Assembly: GCA_963674785.1 (NCBI GenBank)
Contig: OY771555.1
Coordinates: forward strand, 128,001 to 192,000
Reading direction: 5' to 3'
DNA length: 64,000 nt
From: Caldisericia bacterium
GTDB lineage: Bacteria; Caldisericota; Caldisericia; JAAYUI01
The notes under the pieces are model-generated. The model was not told the DNA's origin and did not search any database. It was given only the letters and a program-made list of their open reading frames with translations. The position numbers were made by a program, and so were the translations under genes. Shown here piece after piece: positions 31,291 to 41,151 of this stretch. Within the stretch, counting starts at the first letter, position 1, and each line of letters begins with the position of its first letter.

Positions 31291-33534
31291 ATGAGAAGTC
31301 AAAGAGCGAGAATAGCATTCGTATTGTTTTTGGCAATCTCGCTTGCCTTTGCGCCCTACTCTGCTTCCGCAAGATCAATCTCTTGGAATATGTTTGGTTT
31401 CAATGCAAGCCATACATTTGCAACAGATGAGCAGATTTCCACAGACTTATCAGTCGACTGGATGTATGATACTGGAGGAGGAGTTGTTGCAACTGCAACC
31501 CCGTGTTACGAATCTGGGAGATTTTACGTCCCTCAAGCATCGGGCATGATCAGTTGTTACAATGAGGAAACGGGAAAGAGATTGTGGAGATCAAAGCTTT
31601 CTTCTGCCCCAATCGTTTCGAAACCAAAACCCGTTGGTGGATACCTAGTAACCACTTCTTATGATGGAAAACTCTACTCACTTTTTGCAAAAGATGGCAG
31701 CACCTACCGAAGCCGTGATATTGGATCACACACCTCAACCTCTCCTGTTGTGAGTAATGGGTATATCTTCACTGTCACAGATGAAGGTGAACTTGCCAAA
31801 TGGACAATAAATGGTGTTTTCAAGGTTCAACAAAAAAATATAGAATCGCAAGTAAAATTAGATACTGACCCTGTCGTAACGAGAAAAGGGATAGCTATTG
31901 CAACAAACGATGACAAGATAAAATGTTTCGACATAAGATGGGGTAAAAATCTTGAACTTAAATGGGAACGCTCAATTGCCATTCCATCTGGATCGAACTC
32001 CATGACCGAGACTGCCGATGGAATTTTGACAGTTGATTCTGATGGGATACTTCATTATCTAAACTGGGACAATGGTAAAGATATCTGGGCTCTTCCTCTT
32101 GGTGAAGAGGTTCTATCAGGGATCATAACTGACTCTGGGAATGCTTATCTTGCAACAATGAGTGGTAATGTTCACTCAATATCAATTTCAGGTGGACGTT
32201 CTGATTGGATGAGAAGCCTCAAAGAAGAGGTTGTAAGCTCAAATCTTTCCATCTCTGGTGGCAAGCTTTATGTCGGCAGCAAAAGACCTGCGAGACATTT
32301 GCACTGTTTAACATTGACGAGTAGCTCACTTTGGAACGAATGGTTCGAAATGCCGTTTGGATGTAATATCTCTGCGGGGCAAAACGGCGTGCTTGTTATC
32401 CCAACAAGTGGTCAGGGTCAATATTTATCTCTATCGACATCAGATACCATCTGGAAGTGTGATGTTGGAGGGCTTTCAGAAAGTGCACCAGTAGTCGACG
32501 GCAACCAAGTATTTTTCACTCTAACGGATGGTTCAGTTAGATCGATCAACTCAGACAATGGAAGACTTATTTGGAGAAAAGATTTTGAAACACAAATAAA
32601 TTCATCTCCTGCAATTGGAAACGGCAAGATAGTGCTTGCCCCAAGCAACAAACCTGTTGTGTGTCTGGACTCAAAAAATGGCAGGGAATTATGGCAAACA
32701 AATCTTTACAAGTATGTTGGCTCTGCACCAACCATCTATGGTAACACTGTATTTGTTGGGGCATGGGATGGACTTGTGTACTCGTATGACCTTCAAACAG
32801 GCAACCCTGAAAGACAATACAAAACCTACGGACAGATAACTTCCTCCCCGACGATCACAAGAGACGGTGTATTTGTTGGATCACACGACAGATTCTTCTA
32901 CAAATTTCACAGAATTAACGGGAACAATGAGTGGCTTTATCCAACAGGAAAAGTTAAGAGAACCTGTGCTGAATCAAACAGGAACGGTTTTGTAATCTCT
33001 GAGAACACTATAACCTCACTTGACATGAAAAAGAGTCACGTCAGCTTGAATTGGAGCCGCAAATTTGACTCTTTGGTCATCGCTGAACCCGCCTATAGCC
33101 AGACTCACCTTTTTGTAATGACTGCTGATGGCTATGTTACATGTATTGACCAGAACGAGGATAATGGGGAAACCTATGTGTGGAAAAAGAAGCTTTCTCT
33201 GGATGGTTCTTACAAGAGCATTATTTTATGCCGAGACAGATTATGCATTTTGACCGGAAAATCCATTTATATTTTGTCCGCCGAGACAGGTAAGGAATTG
33301 TGGAATTATAAGCGAGGAATCAATATTACAGGGATGGTTCTCTCAAATGGCAAACTCATAATCTCAACACAGTCTGGTTCAATTGTCTGCATGAGTCCAA
33401 CTCAAAATGTAAACGTACAAAAACCAGACAAGCTTCCATCCGCAGAGTACACACTCGACCCAAAATCCAAAGAGGATGTAATTAATGAAGCAATTCAAAA
33501 CAAAACAACACCTGACCAAATCATGGTTTGGTAG
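31291..33534 (+). CDS. Secreted PQQ-like (BamB-type) beta-propeller repeat protein
   Basis: Signal peptide, WNMFGFNASHT, many SSP...GxxxW repeats. Confidence 0.88.
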   Translation: MRSQRARIAFVLFLAISLAFAPYSASARSISWNMFGFNASHTFATDEQISTDLSVDWMYDTGGGVVATATPCYESGRFYVPQASGMISCYNEETGKRLWRSKLSSAPIVSKPKPVGGYLVTTSYDGKLYSLFAKDGSTYRSRDIGSHTSTSPVVSNGYIFTVTDEGELAKWTINGVFKVQQKNIESQVKLDTDPVVTRKGIAIATNDDKIKCFDIRWGKNLELKWERSIAIPSGSNSMTETADGILTVDSDGILHYLNWDNGKDIWALPLGEEVLSGIITDSGNAYLATMSGNVHSISISGGRSDWMRSLKEEVVSSNLSISGGKLYVGSKRPARHLHCLTLTSSSLWNEWFEMPFGCNISAGQNGVLVIPTSGQGQYLSLSTSDTIWKCDVGGLSESAPVVDGNQVFFTLTDGSVRSINSDNGRLIWRKDFETQINSSPAIGNGKIVLAPSNKPVVCLDSKNGRELWQTNLYKYVGSAPTIYGNTVFVGAWDGLVYSYDLQTGNPERQYKTYGQITSSPTITRDGVFVGSHDRFFYKFHRINGNNEWLYPTGKVKRTCAESNRNGFVISENTITSLDMKKSHVSLNWSRKFDSLVIAEPAYSQTHLFVMTADGYVTCIDQNEDNGETYVWKKKLSLDGSYKSIILCRDRLCILTGKSIYILSAETGKELWNYKRGINITGMVLSNGKLIISTQSGSIVCMSPTQNVNVQKPDKLPSAEYTLDPKSKEDVINEAIQNKTTPDQIMVW

Positions 33535-34930
33535 TCTTTTACTCGTAATTTTTTTTAGCACAAATGTTTTTGCCGGAGGGGAACTTATCCGAATTGGGCA
33601 AGCATGGTGTCAATGTGCTTTTCAGCCAACTGAAGTTTGTCTGATGGATAATTGGGTTTTGTATGTAGACAAGGAACTTCATCAAATATACACATTCACA
33701 CACAGCGGGACTTTTAATGGCAATCTTTCTCGCGATGGAAACTGTGTAGGTCCTGAGGATTTCACACCATTTAGACTTGCATATATCGACAATCTTGTTT
33801 TTGCAACCTGTCACCACGATAACGCAGTAAAAGCACTCAGAAATGGTAAAGTAACCGAGAAAATCACAACTGCAGAGCTCGGTTTCCCAAATGCCAAACC
33901 AACCGCAATAAATGCTGGTGATTACTTCATATATGTTGCACTTGATAATGATAAACTCGTTGCCATGTATTATGATTTTGAGGTTGAAACAATTATCGAT
34001 ACTAATTGTGTTGCAATGGATTTTTTGGATGAAAACCTGATCGTCATAACTGAAAATGGGTTTTTAAAAACATACGATGTTGATTTGAATTTCATTTCTG
34101 AGAAAGACCTTTCGGGTCATTACGCTGGTCAGATTCAAAATCCAACAGATATGGTTATGGATGATGAGGGTTTGATATGGATTACCCATGATGGTGGATT
34201 AACAGTTCTAAACAATGATGGCACTTTTGGGGTATGGGGTAACAAATATTCTGATATGGAAATCGAACGAACAATAATCAGTGGTGATCCGATTGTTGGG
34301 TCAAAAGGGATATTCCCAGCAAATGCTGTAGACACAAGTGGTGGCTACTTTTATCTCACCCAAAATGGAAAATACGGTTTAACAGTCTCAAAAGACCTTA
34401 TAAATCAGGTTCCAAGCTCCCAGGTTCATTTTATGGCAATTGCACTAACAGAAGATGAATACTGGAAACAAGCGATAAATATTTGGAAACTTCAACAGTA
34501 TCTTTATCCACAAGTCTTAGTTGCAGTATTCCAAGATAGCGGACTTGAAAAAATTGGAATAAACGGAAATGGCGTATACCTAAATGGTGAATATATAACC
34601 GATGATTTCTCAGAAATCGAAAATGTTGAGATTTTCGGAGATGAAATTCTTGAATGTTCTGCTGAAACATCAAACATCAATATCAACGTAACTGAAGGAA
34701 AGCTTGTGGCTGATGTGAGCAAATCTGATGAACCTTTTGAAACCTCTCTTGCTCTCCTTGAGATACATGGTGAAAAGACACCGCTCATCGTTGATGATAT
34801 AAGTCTAATCCATGCAAACAGATTTCAAAAAATTGAATGTGATATAAACATTCCAGAGTACCCATCTGTTTTGTTTGCTGTGATACTAAACAAGCAAGGA
34901 AAGTCACTTGGAGCAAGGATTATCAGATAA
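33485..34930 (+). CDS. Secreted NHL/beta-propeller-like protein
   Basis: Signal-like segment; FQPTEV, KPTAI and NPTDMVMD repeats. Confidence 0.6.
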   Translation: MKQFKTKQHLTKSWFGSLLLVIFFSTNVFAGGELIRIGQAWCQCAFQPTEVCLMDNWVLYVDKELHQIYTFTHSGTFNGNLSRDGNCVGPEDFTPFRLAYIDNLVFATCHHDNAVKALRNGKVTEKITTAELGFPNAKPTAINAGDYFIYVALDNDKLVAMYYDFEVETIIDTNCVAMDFLDENLIVITENGFLKTYDVDLNFISEKDLSGHYAGQIQNPTDMVMDDEGLIWITHDGGLTVLNNDGTFGVWGNKYSDMEIERTIISGDPIVGSKGIFPANAVDTSGGYFYLTQNGKYGLTVSKDLINQVPSSQVHFMAIALTEDEYWKQAINIWKLQQYLYPQVLVAVFQDSGLEKIGINGNGVYLNGEYITDDFSEIENVEIFGDEILECSAETSNININVTEGKLVADVSKSDEPFETSLALLEIHGEKTPLIVDDISLIHANRFQKIECDINIPEYPSVLFAVILNKQGKSLGARIIR

Positions 34931-34937
34931 ATTAATT
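34873..34937 (+). repeat. 65-bp direct repeat, copy 1 (3' end of the 33485-34930 gene)
   Basis: GTTTGCTGTGATactAAACAAGCAAGGAAAGTCACttggagCAAGGATTATCAGATAAATTAATT; 60/65 identical to 35325-35389. Confidence 0.9.
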
Positions 34938-35002
34938 AAGGATCTCGCAAACTTTAGAGTGGCATCTTCCTAAAAGTCTTAAGGAGAGTATGGTAGGCAC
35001 TC

Positions 35003-35324
35003 TTACTTGCCACTCTCATATTCCATCTCCATTGAGACTCTTTCAAGTACCCGACCTTTGGTGATTGGTATGAGTTCATTTCTTGAACAGTTCTTCACAA
35101 TCTTTGTGAATACTTTATCTCCTCTCTTTATGATACCGAAGACAGGTATCTTTGAGTCTGCTCTCCTACCCCTCTTTCCTCTTATTCTCTTTCCTCCAAA
35201 ATAGCTTTCATCAAGTTCTACTTCACCTTCTACTGGTGATTCATCTGCTAGTGTAAGAATCCTTCTTCTGAATTTGTTGAACAACTTCCCTACTGTTACA
35301 CGAGAAATGTTTGAAAAATCTGCA
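35003..35324 (-). mobile_element. IS1595/ISXO2-family transposase fragment (truncated)
   Basis: ISRVTV..LF.KFRRRI, GEVELDESYFGG, GKRGR, KIPVFGI. The C-terminal DDE part and the true N-terminus are missing. Confidence 0.85.
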
Positions 35325-35389
35325 GTTTGCTGTGATTCAAAACAAGCAAGGAAAGTCACATAGAACAAGGATTATCAGATAAATTAATT
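35325..35389 (+). repeat. 65-bp direct repeat, copy 2
   Basis: Five mismatches to 34873-34937. Confidence 0.9.
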
Positions 35390-35719
35390 TATTTTAATTA
35401 AAGTTTATATTCTTCATTTCTTGGCTCAAATGTTGTTACTATTGACATTTTTAATTAAATAATAGTAAATTTTACACCTTCATACTTATTTAGATTGTGC
35501 TAGAATCCTCTTACATATTGATAACAAACGTTGTCTAGGAGAGATTACAATAACAGATTAGGAATAATATTAACAACTAAAACATGGAACATGATTCATC
35601 GATCAGTTTGTTAAATATGTTTAACGTTTTGTATCGCAAAACGAAGCTTGTTGAGAAAGCACATGGTAGAAGTATCTTCCTCAACAAGGCAAAGAACTTG
35701 AAAGGAATGATTACAAAAG

Positions 35720-36139
35720 ATGGTAACAGTAGAATTCCAAGGGGAATACGATAAGGAAAAGAATCTGTCGATATTCAAATATGTCGATATACCACAATCA
35801 AAAGAAGACGTAGAGTTTGTCGTTGAAAAAGCCACACCACTTTGGAAAGGCGACGGTATTCATAAAAGCTGGAACATCACAGACATAACAGCACTCGGAC
35901 AAGCCTCACCAAGTCTTGTCATTTACTACAACAAGCTCTGTAAACCAATCTTGAAAAAACACGTACACAATTATGTCGTGGTAGCAGGAACATTGCTTGA
36001 AAAAGTTGCAACAAGTCTGTTTAACACATTTATGGGTGAAAAACACCCTGTTGCATCATCAATGGAAGAAGCGCTTGAAATAATTGAAAGACTCCAAAAA
36101 AGAGACGGAGTTTTTCCATCAAAAGCAGAAAATCTGTAG
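35720..36139 (+). CDS. STAS/SEC14 (SpoIIAA)-like small protein, paralog A
   Basis: Highly similar to the next gene (GDGIHK.WNITD, LVIYYNKL, LEKVATSLFNTFM, SS.EEA). Confidence 0.65.
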   Translation: MVTVEFQGEYDKEKNLSIFKYVDIPQSKEDVEFVVEKATPLWKGDGIHKSWNITDITALGQASPSLVIYYNKLCKPILKKHVHNYVVVAGTLLEKVATSLFNTFMGEKHPVASSMEEALEIIERLQKRDGVFPSKAENL

Positions 36140-36154
36140 AAAGGATGACAGTCT

Positions 36155-36571
36155 ATGAGAGTTGTTGAATTTGAAGGAAACTATGACAACGAAAAGAACA
36201 TTTCATTTGTGAAATTCATAAATACACCTAAATCAAAGGAAGACATAGAGTATTTTGTAGACAATACTCTTCCACTTTGGAGAGGTGACGGGATTCACAA
36301 ATGCTGGAATATAACTGATTTAACTGGTCTTGGGAAGGCATCCCCAGGTCTTGTGATCTACTACAACAAGTTGGTAAAGCCACACATCAAAAAGCATCTT
36401 GAGAACTATGTTGTTATTGCCGGATCAACACTTGAGAAAGTTGCAACAAGTTTGTTTAACACCTTCATGAGGGAAAGGCATCCCATTGTCTCAAGTATTG
36501 ATGAGGCAATGGTGATAATCAAAAAATGGCAAGAGGAAAAGGGTATTTTCTTCTCAAAGATTGGCGAATAG
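36155..36571 (+). CDS. STAS/SEC14 (SpoIIAA)-like small protein, paralog B
   Basis: Tandem duplicate of 35720-36139. Confidence 0.65.
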   Translation: MRVVEFEGNYDNEKNISFVKFINTPKSKEDIEYFVDNTLPLWRGDGIHKCWNITDLTGLGKASPGLVIYYNKLVKPHIKKHLENYVVIAGSTLEKVATSLFNTFMRERHPIVSSIDEAMVIIKKWQEEKGIFFSKIGE

Positions 36572-36573
36572 AA

Positions 36574-37023
36574 TCAGAGAGTAATCAGGGAGTTCTCGTA
36601 GTCTTTTACTCGAAGCTTTGTACTTCTTTTTGATTTGCCAGTCCAGATTATGTGTCCTTCCTCTTCGAGAAGTTCTTTCTGATAGTCAGGAGCTCCGGGG
36701 TATTTTTCTGAAAGTAATCCGTCCTTTTTAACGCATCGCCACCATGGAAAAACCTCTTCACCGATTACCTTATTCTCCTCAGACGCTCCCGCTACCATAT
36801 TCATAAAAATCCCTGTGCACATGGGGCATGTCCAATCCGCACCAAATTTCTTTGCAAGCTGATCTCGTATTTGATTCGCAGTAAGAAGTTCACCTTTTTT
36901 TGGAATTCTCATCACTTCTGCAACATCCATGGGAGTAGGCACCAGAAGAAGACCTTTTTCAGTTTCAGAAAAACTTCTTTCGCATTCCTTATAGAGTTGT
37001 TCTCTTTTGGTTTTTCTGGCCAT
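36574..37023 (-). CDS. MGMT/ATL-like alkyl-DNA-binding protein
   Basis: IPKKGELLT, TCPMCTGIF, PWWRCVKKDG, QKELLEEEGH. Confidence 0.8.
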   Translation of the reverse strand: MARKTKREQLYKECERSFSETEKGLLLVPTPMDVAEVMRIPKKGELLTANQIRDQLAKKFGADWTCPMCTGIFMNMVAGASEENKVIGEEVFPWWRCVKKDGLLSEKYPGAPDYQKELLEEEGHIIWTGKSKRSTKLRVKDYENSLITL

Positions 37024-37269
37024 CTAATTTCGATCTTTCCAGGCCGGAAGTTTAGCAAGATTCTTGATCGCCATCTCTCTTGCAGCGGCTTCGTCAAAGC
37101 CTTGTGACTGAACTAAAAAACCAGTCATACCAGCAACACATTCTTCATAACTTTTCATTGAGCCATCTTCTCTTGCACAGTAGAGGCAATAGTCCTTTGA
37201 CTCATCTCCAAGAGCAAAATCCTCCTTCTTCTCCATCGGCATTCCGCAACAAATACAAATTTTACTCAT
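37024..37269 (-). CDS. Zinc-ribbon (Zn_ribbon_2-like) protein
   Basis: CICCGMPM...DYCLYC..DG...LPAWK. Confidence 0.85.
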   Translation of the reverse strand: MSKICICCGMPMEKKEDFALGDESKDYCLYCAREDGSMKSYEECVAGMTGFLVQSQGFDEAAAREMAIKNLAKLPAWKDRN

Positions 37270-37867
37270 CTTTCCAGTTCCTTTCTGAAATCAGATTCAT
37301 ATAGTTATCAACAAGTTCATATCCTCTTTTTTTAAGTAATGACCCTTCTACACAATAAAATCTTTTATTCTGAAGATAGTGATGAATAAGCCCAATCCAG
37401 GTTGTAAAAAGAAAGCTCATGGGCATTCTTTTTATTAAACCTTTTTCCATTTCGGTTTTTGCGGCACTATACATTGAGTGAGAAATCGCGGAATGAATAG
37501 AAACAACACTTACCTGTACATCCTCGGGCAAGGTGTTTAGTTCAGAAATCAACCTTGCATAAAGGTCTTCATACTCAGATAAAGTTGCAAGATGTGTTTT
37601 TAGTACAGTTCTTATACCCATATCCGCATCAATATCCGCCCTCATTTTCCTTGTGACACGCATACCAAAATCATGCATTACGGTAACAAGTAATTCATCG
37701 CGAGTTGGAAAATGCAAAAAAACCGTTCCGTGCGAAACGCCTGCAGTATTTGCAATATCGATCGTTCTAGCTCCACTTATCCCATCAAGCTCAAAGTGTT
37801 TCATTGCGGAATCAATAAGCTTCCTATGAGTATCTTCACGTTTTTCTTTTCTAGATTTTGCGATCAT
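37262..37867 (-). CDS. TetR/AcrR family regulator
   Basis: HTH RTIDIANTAGVSHGTVFLHFPTRDEL. ATG at 37867; the listed upstream extension is antisense to the tRNA. Confidence 0.92.
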   Translation of the reverse strand: MIAKSRKEKREDTHRKLIDSAMKHFELDGISGARTIDIANTAGVSHGTVFLHFPTRDELLVTVMHDFGMRVTRKMRADIDADMGIRTVLKTHLATLSEYEDLYARLISELNTLPEDVQVSVVSIHSAISHSMYSAAKTEMEKGLIKRMPMSFLFTTWIGLIHHYLQNKRFYCVEGSLLKKRGYELVDNYMNLISERNWKDE

Positions 37868-37878
37868 ATCTTTTAAAC

Positions 37879-37935
37879 TGAGTTCAGACTCACTGAGTTT
37901 TGACTCATAATATGCCGAAACATCAACATTGTCAA
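37879..37935 (-). promoter_or_regulatory. TetR promoter with two tandem TGAGT-N4-ACTCA operators
   Basis: Minus strand TTGACA-17-TATTAT; inverted repeats at 37879-37892 and 37894-37907. Confidence 0.75.
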
Positions 37936-37983
37936 GTTCAACTGTTGACTTGTGAATACGTAACAATAATATATTAAACATGT

Positions 37984-38059
37984 GGGCGGGTGGCTCAGTT
38001 GGTAGAGCATTTCCTTCACACGGAAGAGGTCGCAGGTTCGAGTCCTGTCTCGCCCACCA
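37984..38059 (+). tRNA. tRNA-Val (CAC)
   Basis: Acceptor GGGCGGG/CTCGCCC-A-CCA, D-arm GCTC/GAGC, anticodon loop TTCACAC, T-loop GTTCGAG. Confidence 0.97.
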
Positions 38060-38093
38060 ATAAGTGCTCAAAAGAGATTAAAGGGGTGCAGTT

Positions 38094-40112
38094 TTGTTGC
38101 TTTACACGGTACCAATAGTCGGCTTACTTGGACTTATCACAGCACTAATACTTGGTGTTGGAATTTCAAGAAGTGATCCGGGAATCGGAAAAATGGTAAG
38201 CATTGCCGCCGCAATTAGAGCCGGGGCATTCGCATTCCTCCTGAAAGAATACCAATATATGCTTATCGCATCAATCCCATTTGGAATTGCAATTGCGTGG
38301 ATTATTGGCCTACAGGCACTGATTGCGTTTGTTTGTGGGGCTCTCTTTTCAATCACAGCGGGTTTCATTGGAATGAACATTGCAACGCTTGCAAACAACA
38401 GAACAGCACAAGCAGCAAGTAAACACGGTGAAGGAAAGGCTCTTGAGGTTGCATACTCAGGTGGTGCGGTCATGGGACTTGTTGTTTCATCACTCGGAAT
38501 AATCGGTGTTTCACTTTTCTTCCTCTTCTTCAAAGATGTCACTGATGCAAATACCCTTCGAGGAATTCTTGTCGGATTCTCAGTTGGTGCATCATTTGTT
38601 GCCCTTTTTGCAAGAGTCGGTGGAGGAATCTTTACAAAAGCGGCCGACGTTGGCGCAGACCTTGTTGGTAAGGTTGAAGCAGGAATACCTGAGGACGACC
38701 CAAGAAACCCAGCCGTTATAGCAGATAACGTCGGTGATAATGTTGGTGATGTTGCCGGAATGGGTGCAGACCTTTATGAATCATACGTAGGAGCGATCGT
38801 ATCGGCGCTTGTCCTTGCAGCAGTCGCAGGAGACTCAGTAGAAAAGATCAAGTTGATTCTCTTCATAGTCGCGGGTGGACTTCTTTCATCAATCGTTGGT
38901 ATCCTAATTGTCAAGCTTGGCGCAAGAGCCGGAAAGGTCAAACCTTCAGTTGGACTCCAGCTTGGAACTGGCGTTGCAGGACTTCTTTCACTTGGAATCC
39001 AACTCTACCTTTCGATTTCATTGCTCGGTAGCATCAGATATTTCTGGGCATCCGCAGGCGGACTTGCCGCAGGGCTTCTCATTGGGTTTGTAACTACATA
39101 CTACACATCAGCAAAACCAGTGAAATATATTGCTGAACAGAGCAAAGGTGGCCCAGCTACCAACATCATCGCAGGGTTTGGTGTTGGAATGGAATCAGCG
39201 GTTGTTCCAATTATTATCATTGCGATAGCTATCATTCTTGGGTACACGGTTGTTAATGGAGTCTTCGGAATCGCCCTTGCGGGGGTTGGAATGCTCTCAA
39301 CCTTAGCCGCGACACTAACCGTTGATGCTTATGGTCCAATTGCCGATAACGCAGGCGGAATTGCACAGATGAGTGGACTCGACCCAAAGGTCAGGGAGAT
39401 AACTGATAAACTGGATTCACTCGGGAACACAACTGCTGCCATGGGGAAAGGATTTGCAATTGGCTCTGCGACTTTAACAGCACTTGCATTCTTTGTTTCA
39501 TACACTCATGCAGTTGGACTAAACACACTCAATTTCCTTGAGCCAGGAGTGCTTGCTGGTGGACTTATTGGTGTTGCTATGCCAGCACTATTTTCATCAC
39601 TCACAATAAGATCGGTTGGATCGACAGCAAGCATGGTTGTTAACGAAGTTAGAAAACAATTCAAAGAAAAAGTTGGTCTTCTCGCTGGAAAAGCAGAACC
39701 TGATTACAAAAAAACTGTTAGTATTGCTACTCAGGGCGCATTAAACCAAATGATTCTGCCATCAATCCTCATGATTGCAACACCTTTTGTGGTTTTTTAT
39801 CTTTTTGAATTATTCAAAAAAGGGACAGGTATCCAAGCTCTCGGTGGAATGCTTGTTGGAGCAACACTAACGGGAGTCCTACTTGCGATCTTTATGGCTA
39901 ACGCTGGCGGCGCTTGGGATAATGCAAAAAAATATATCGAAGAAGGATTCTTCGGTGGAAAAGGTTCAAGCGTTCATAAAGCAACTGTTGTTGGGGATAC
40001 CGTTGGTGATCCACTAAAGGACACAACTGGCCCATCAATAAACATACTCATAAAACTTATGTCAGTAATTTCACTGCTATTTATACCATTTTTGTTAGAA
40101 TTAATGAAATAA
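38094..40112 (+). CDS. hppA: Membrane-bound K+-dependent, probably Na+-translocating pyrophosphatase
   Basis: KAADVGADLVGKVE, EDDPRN, DNVGDNVGD, GNTTAA (Ala indicates K+ dependence), ADLYESY, GDTVGDPLKD. Confidence 0.95.
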   Translation: MLLYTVPIVGLLGLITALILGVGISRSDPGIGKMVSIAAAIRAGAFAFLLKEYQYMLIASIPFGIAIAWIIGLQALIAFVCGALFSITAGFIGMNIATLANNRTAQAASKHGEGKALEVAYSGGAVMGLVVSSLGIIGVSLFFLFFKDVTDANTLRGILVGFSVGASFVALFARVGGGIFTKAADVGADLVGKVEAGIPEDDPRNPAVIADNVGDNVGDVAGMGADLYESYVGAIVSALVLAAVAGDSVEKIKLILFIVAGGLLSSIVGILIVKLGARAGKVKPSVGLQLGTGVAGLLSLGIQLYLSISLLGSIRYFWASAGGLAAGLLIGFVTTYYTSAKPVKYIAEQSKGGPATNIIAGFGVGMESAVVPIIIIAIAIILGYTVVNGVFGIALAGVGMLSTLAATLTVDAYGPIADNAGGIAQMSGLDPKVREITDKLDSLGNTTAAMGKGFAIGSATLTALAFFVSYTHAVGLNTLNFLEPGVLAGGLIGVAMPALFSSLTIRSVGSTASMVVNEVRKQFKEKVGLLAGKAEPDYKKTVSIATQGALNQMILPSILMIATPFVVFYLFELFKKGTGIQALGGMLVGATLTGVLLAIFMANAGGAWDNAKKYIEEGFFGGKGSSVHKATVVGDTVGDPLKDTTGPSINILIKLMSVISLLFIPFLLELMK

Positions 40113-40122
40113 AGGAGGCGCT

Positions 40123-41124
40123 ATGAGAAGAATAGGTGTCGTTACATCTGGTGCAGACTGTCCGGGTCTTAATGCAGCGATAAGAGCTGTTGCGAGAAAA
40201 GGCTTTGACCTTGGTTATGAAGTAATCGGCGTTCGAAATGGCTGGAAAGGTCTTATTGAAGATGACGTATATGTGATGCATAAAAGACATGTCTCTGGGA
40301 TTTTGTATCTTGGCGGTTCTATTCTTGGCTCAGGTCGCTTTGATCCCTTTAGTTCAGAGAAAGAATTTGCATCATTCCAGGAGAATTTTAAAAAATATTC
40401 CCTAACATCATTGATAGTAATCGGAGGATTCACATCGCTTCGAATTGCATCAAGGCTCAATGAGGCTGGTTTTGCAACAGTTGGAATACCCGCAACAATT
40501 GATAATGATGTATCATGTACAGAGGCCTGCATTGGCTTCGACACAGCAACAAACTTCGTTACCCACTCACTCGATAGACTTCATGCAACTGCATCTTCAC
40601 ATCATAGAGTAATGGTTGTAGAAGTTATGGGTGGAGGCTCAGGATGGATAGCTCTTATGGGTGGACTTGCAGGTGGAGCAGATTACGTCATCACACCAGA
40701 AGAACACACATCGTTTGATAAAGTTGTCAAACACATTGAACACAGAAGATCATCAGGCAAAAACTTCTCGATCATCGTCATCACAGACACAGCACAAGTT
40801 GATGGAATGCCTTTTGAAATTGGTGATTCACCTCAGACTGGCGTTGGTGCAAAGCTTGCCAATGAAATAGAAAAAAGAGCCGGAATCGATTCAAGATACA
40901 CCGTTCTTGGACACCTGCAACGAGGTGGAACACCAACGGTTGTTGACCGTGCGCTTGCAACAAGATTTGGATACGAGGCAATCGAATTACTCAAACGTGG
41001 TGAGGTTGGTAAAATGACATCCCTTAAGGCTGGACTTGTTGTTCCTGCCGATATGGATGCTGCAACACGTGAACGCAGAAGACCTGACCCAAAAATGTTC
41101 GAGTATGCGAAACTCTTCTATTGA
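40123..41124 (+). CDS. pfkA: 6-phosphofructokinase family protein with a degenerate active site
   Basis: PGLNAAIR, TIDND, GFDTA and LGHLQRGG are present, but GGFT replaces GGD[G/D] and MGG replaces MGR. Confidence 0.8.
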   Translation: MRRIGVVTSGADCPGLNAAIRAVARKGFDLGYEVIGVRNGWKGLIEDDVYVMHKRHVSGILYLGGSILGSGRFDPFSSEKEFASFQENFKKYSLTSLIVIGGFTSLRIASRLNEAGFATVGIPATIDNDVSCTEACIGFDTATNFVTHSLDRLHATASSHHRVMVVEVMGGGSGWIALMGGLAGGADYVITPEEHTSFDKVVKHIEHRRSSGKNFSIIVITDTAQVDGMPFEIGDSPQTGVGAKLANEIEKRAGIDSRYTVLGHLQRGGTPTVVDRALATRFGYEAIELLKRGEVGKMTSLKAGLVVPADMDAATRERRRPDPKMFEYAKLFY

Positions 41125-41151
41125 TAAATTGCAAAATCGACCACAATAAAC

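Noticed and set aside
37868-38071. N-terminal extension of the TetR ORF (MSTYWWARQDSNLRP...)
   Set aside because: Antisense translation of tRNA-Val and the promoter region.
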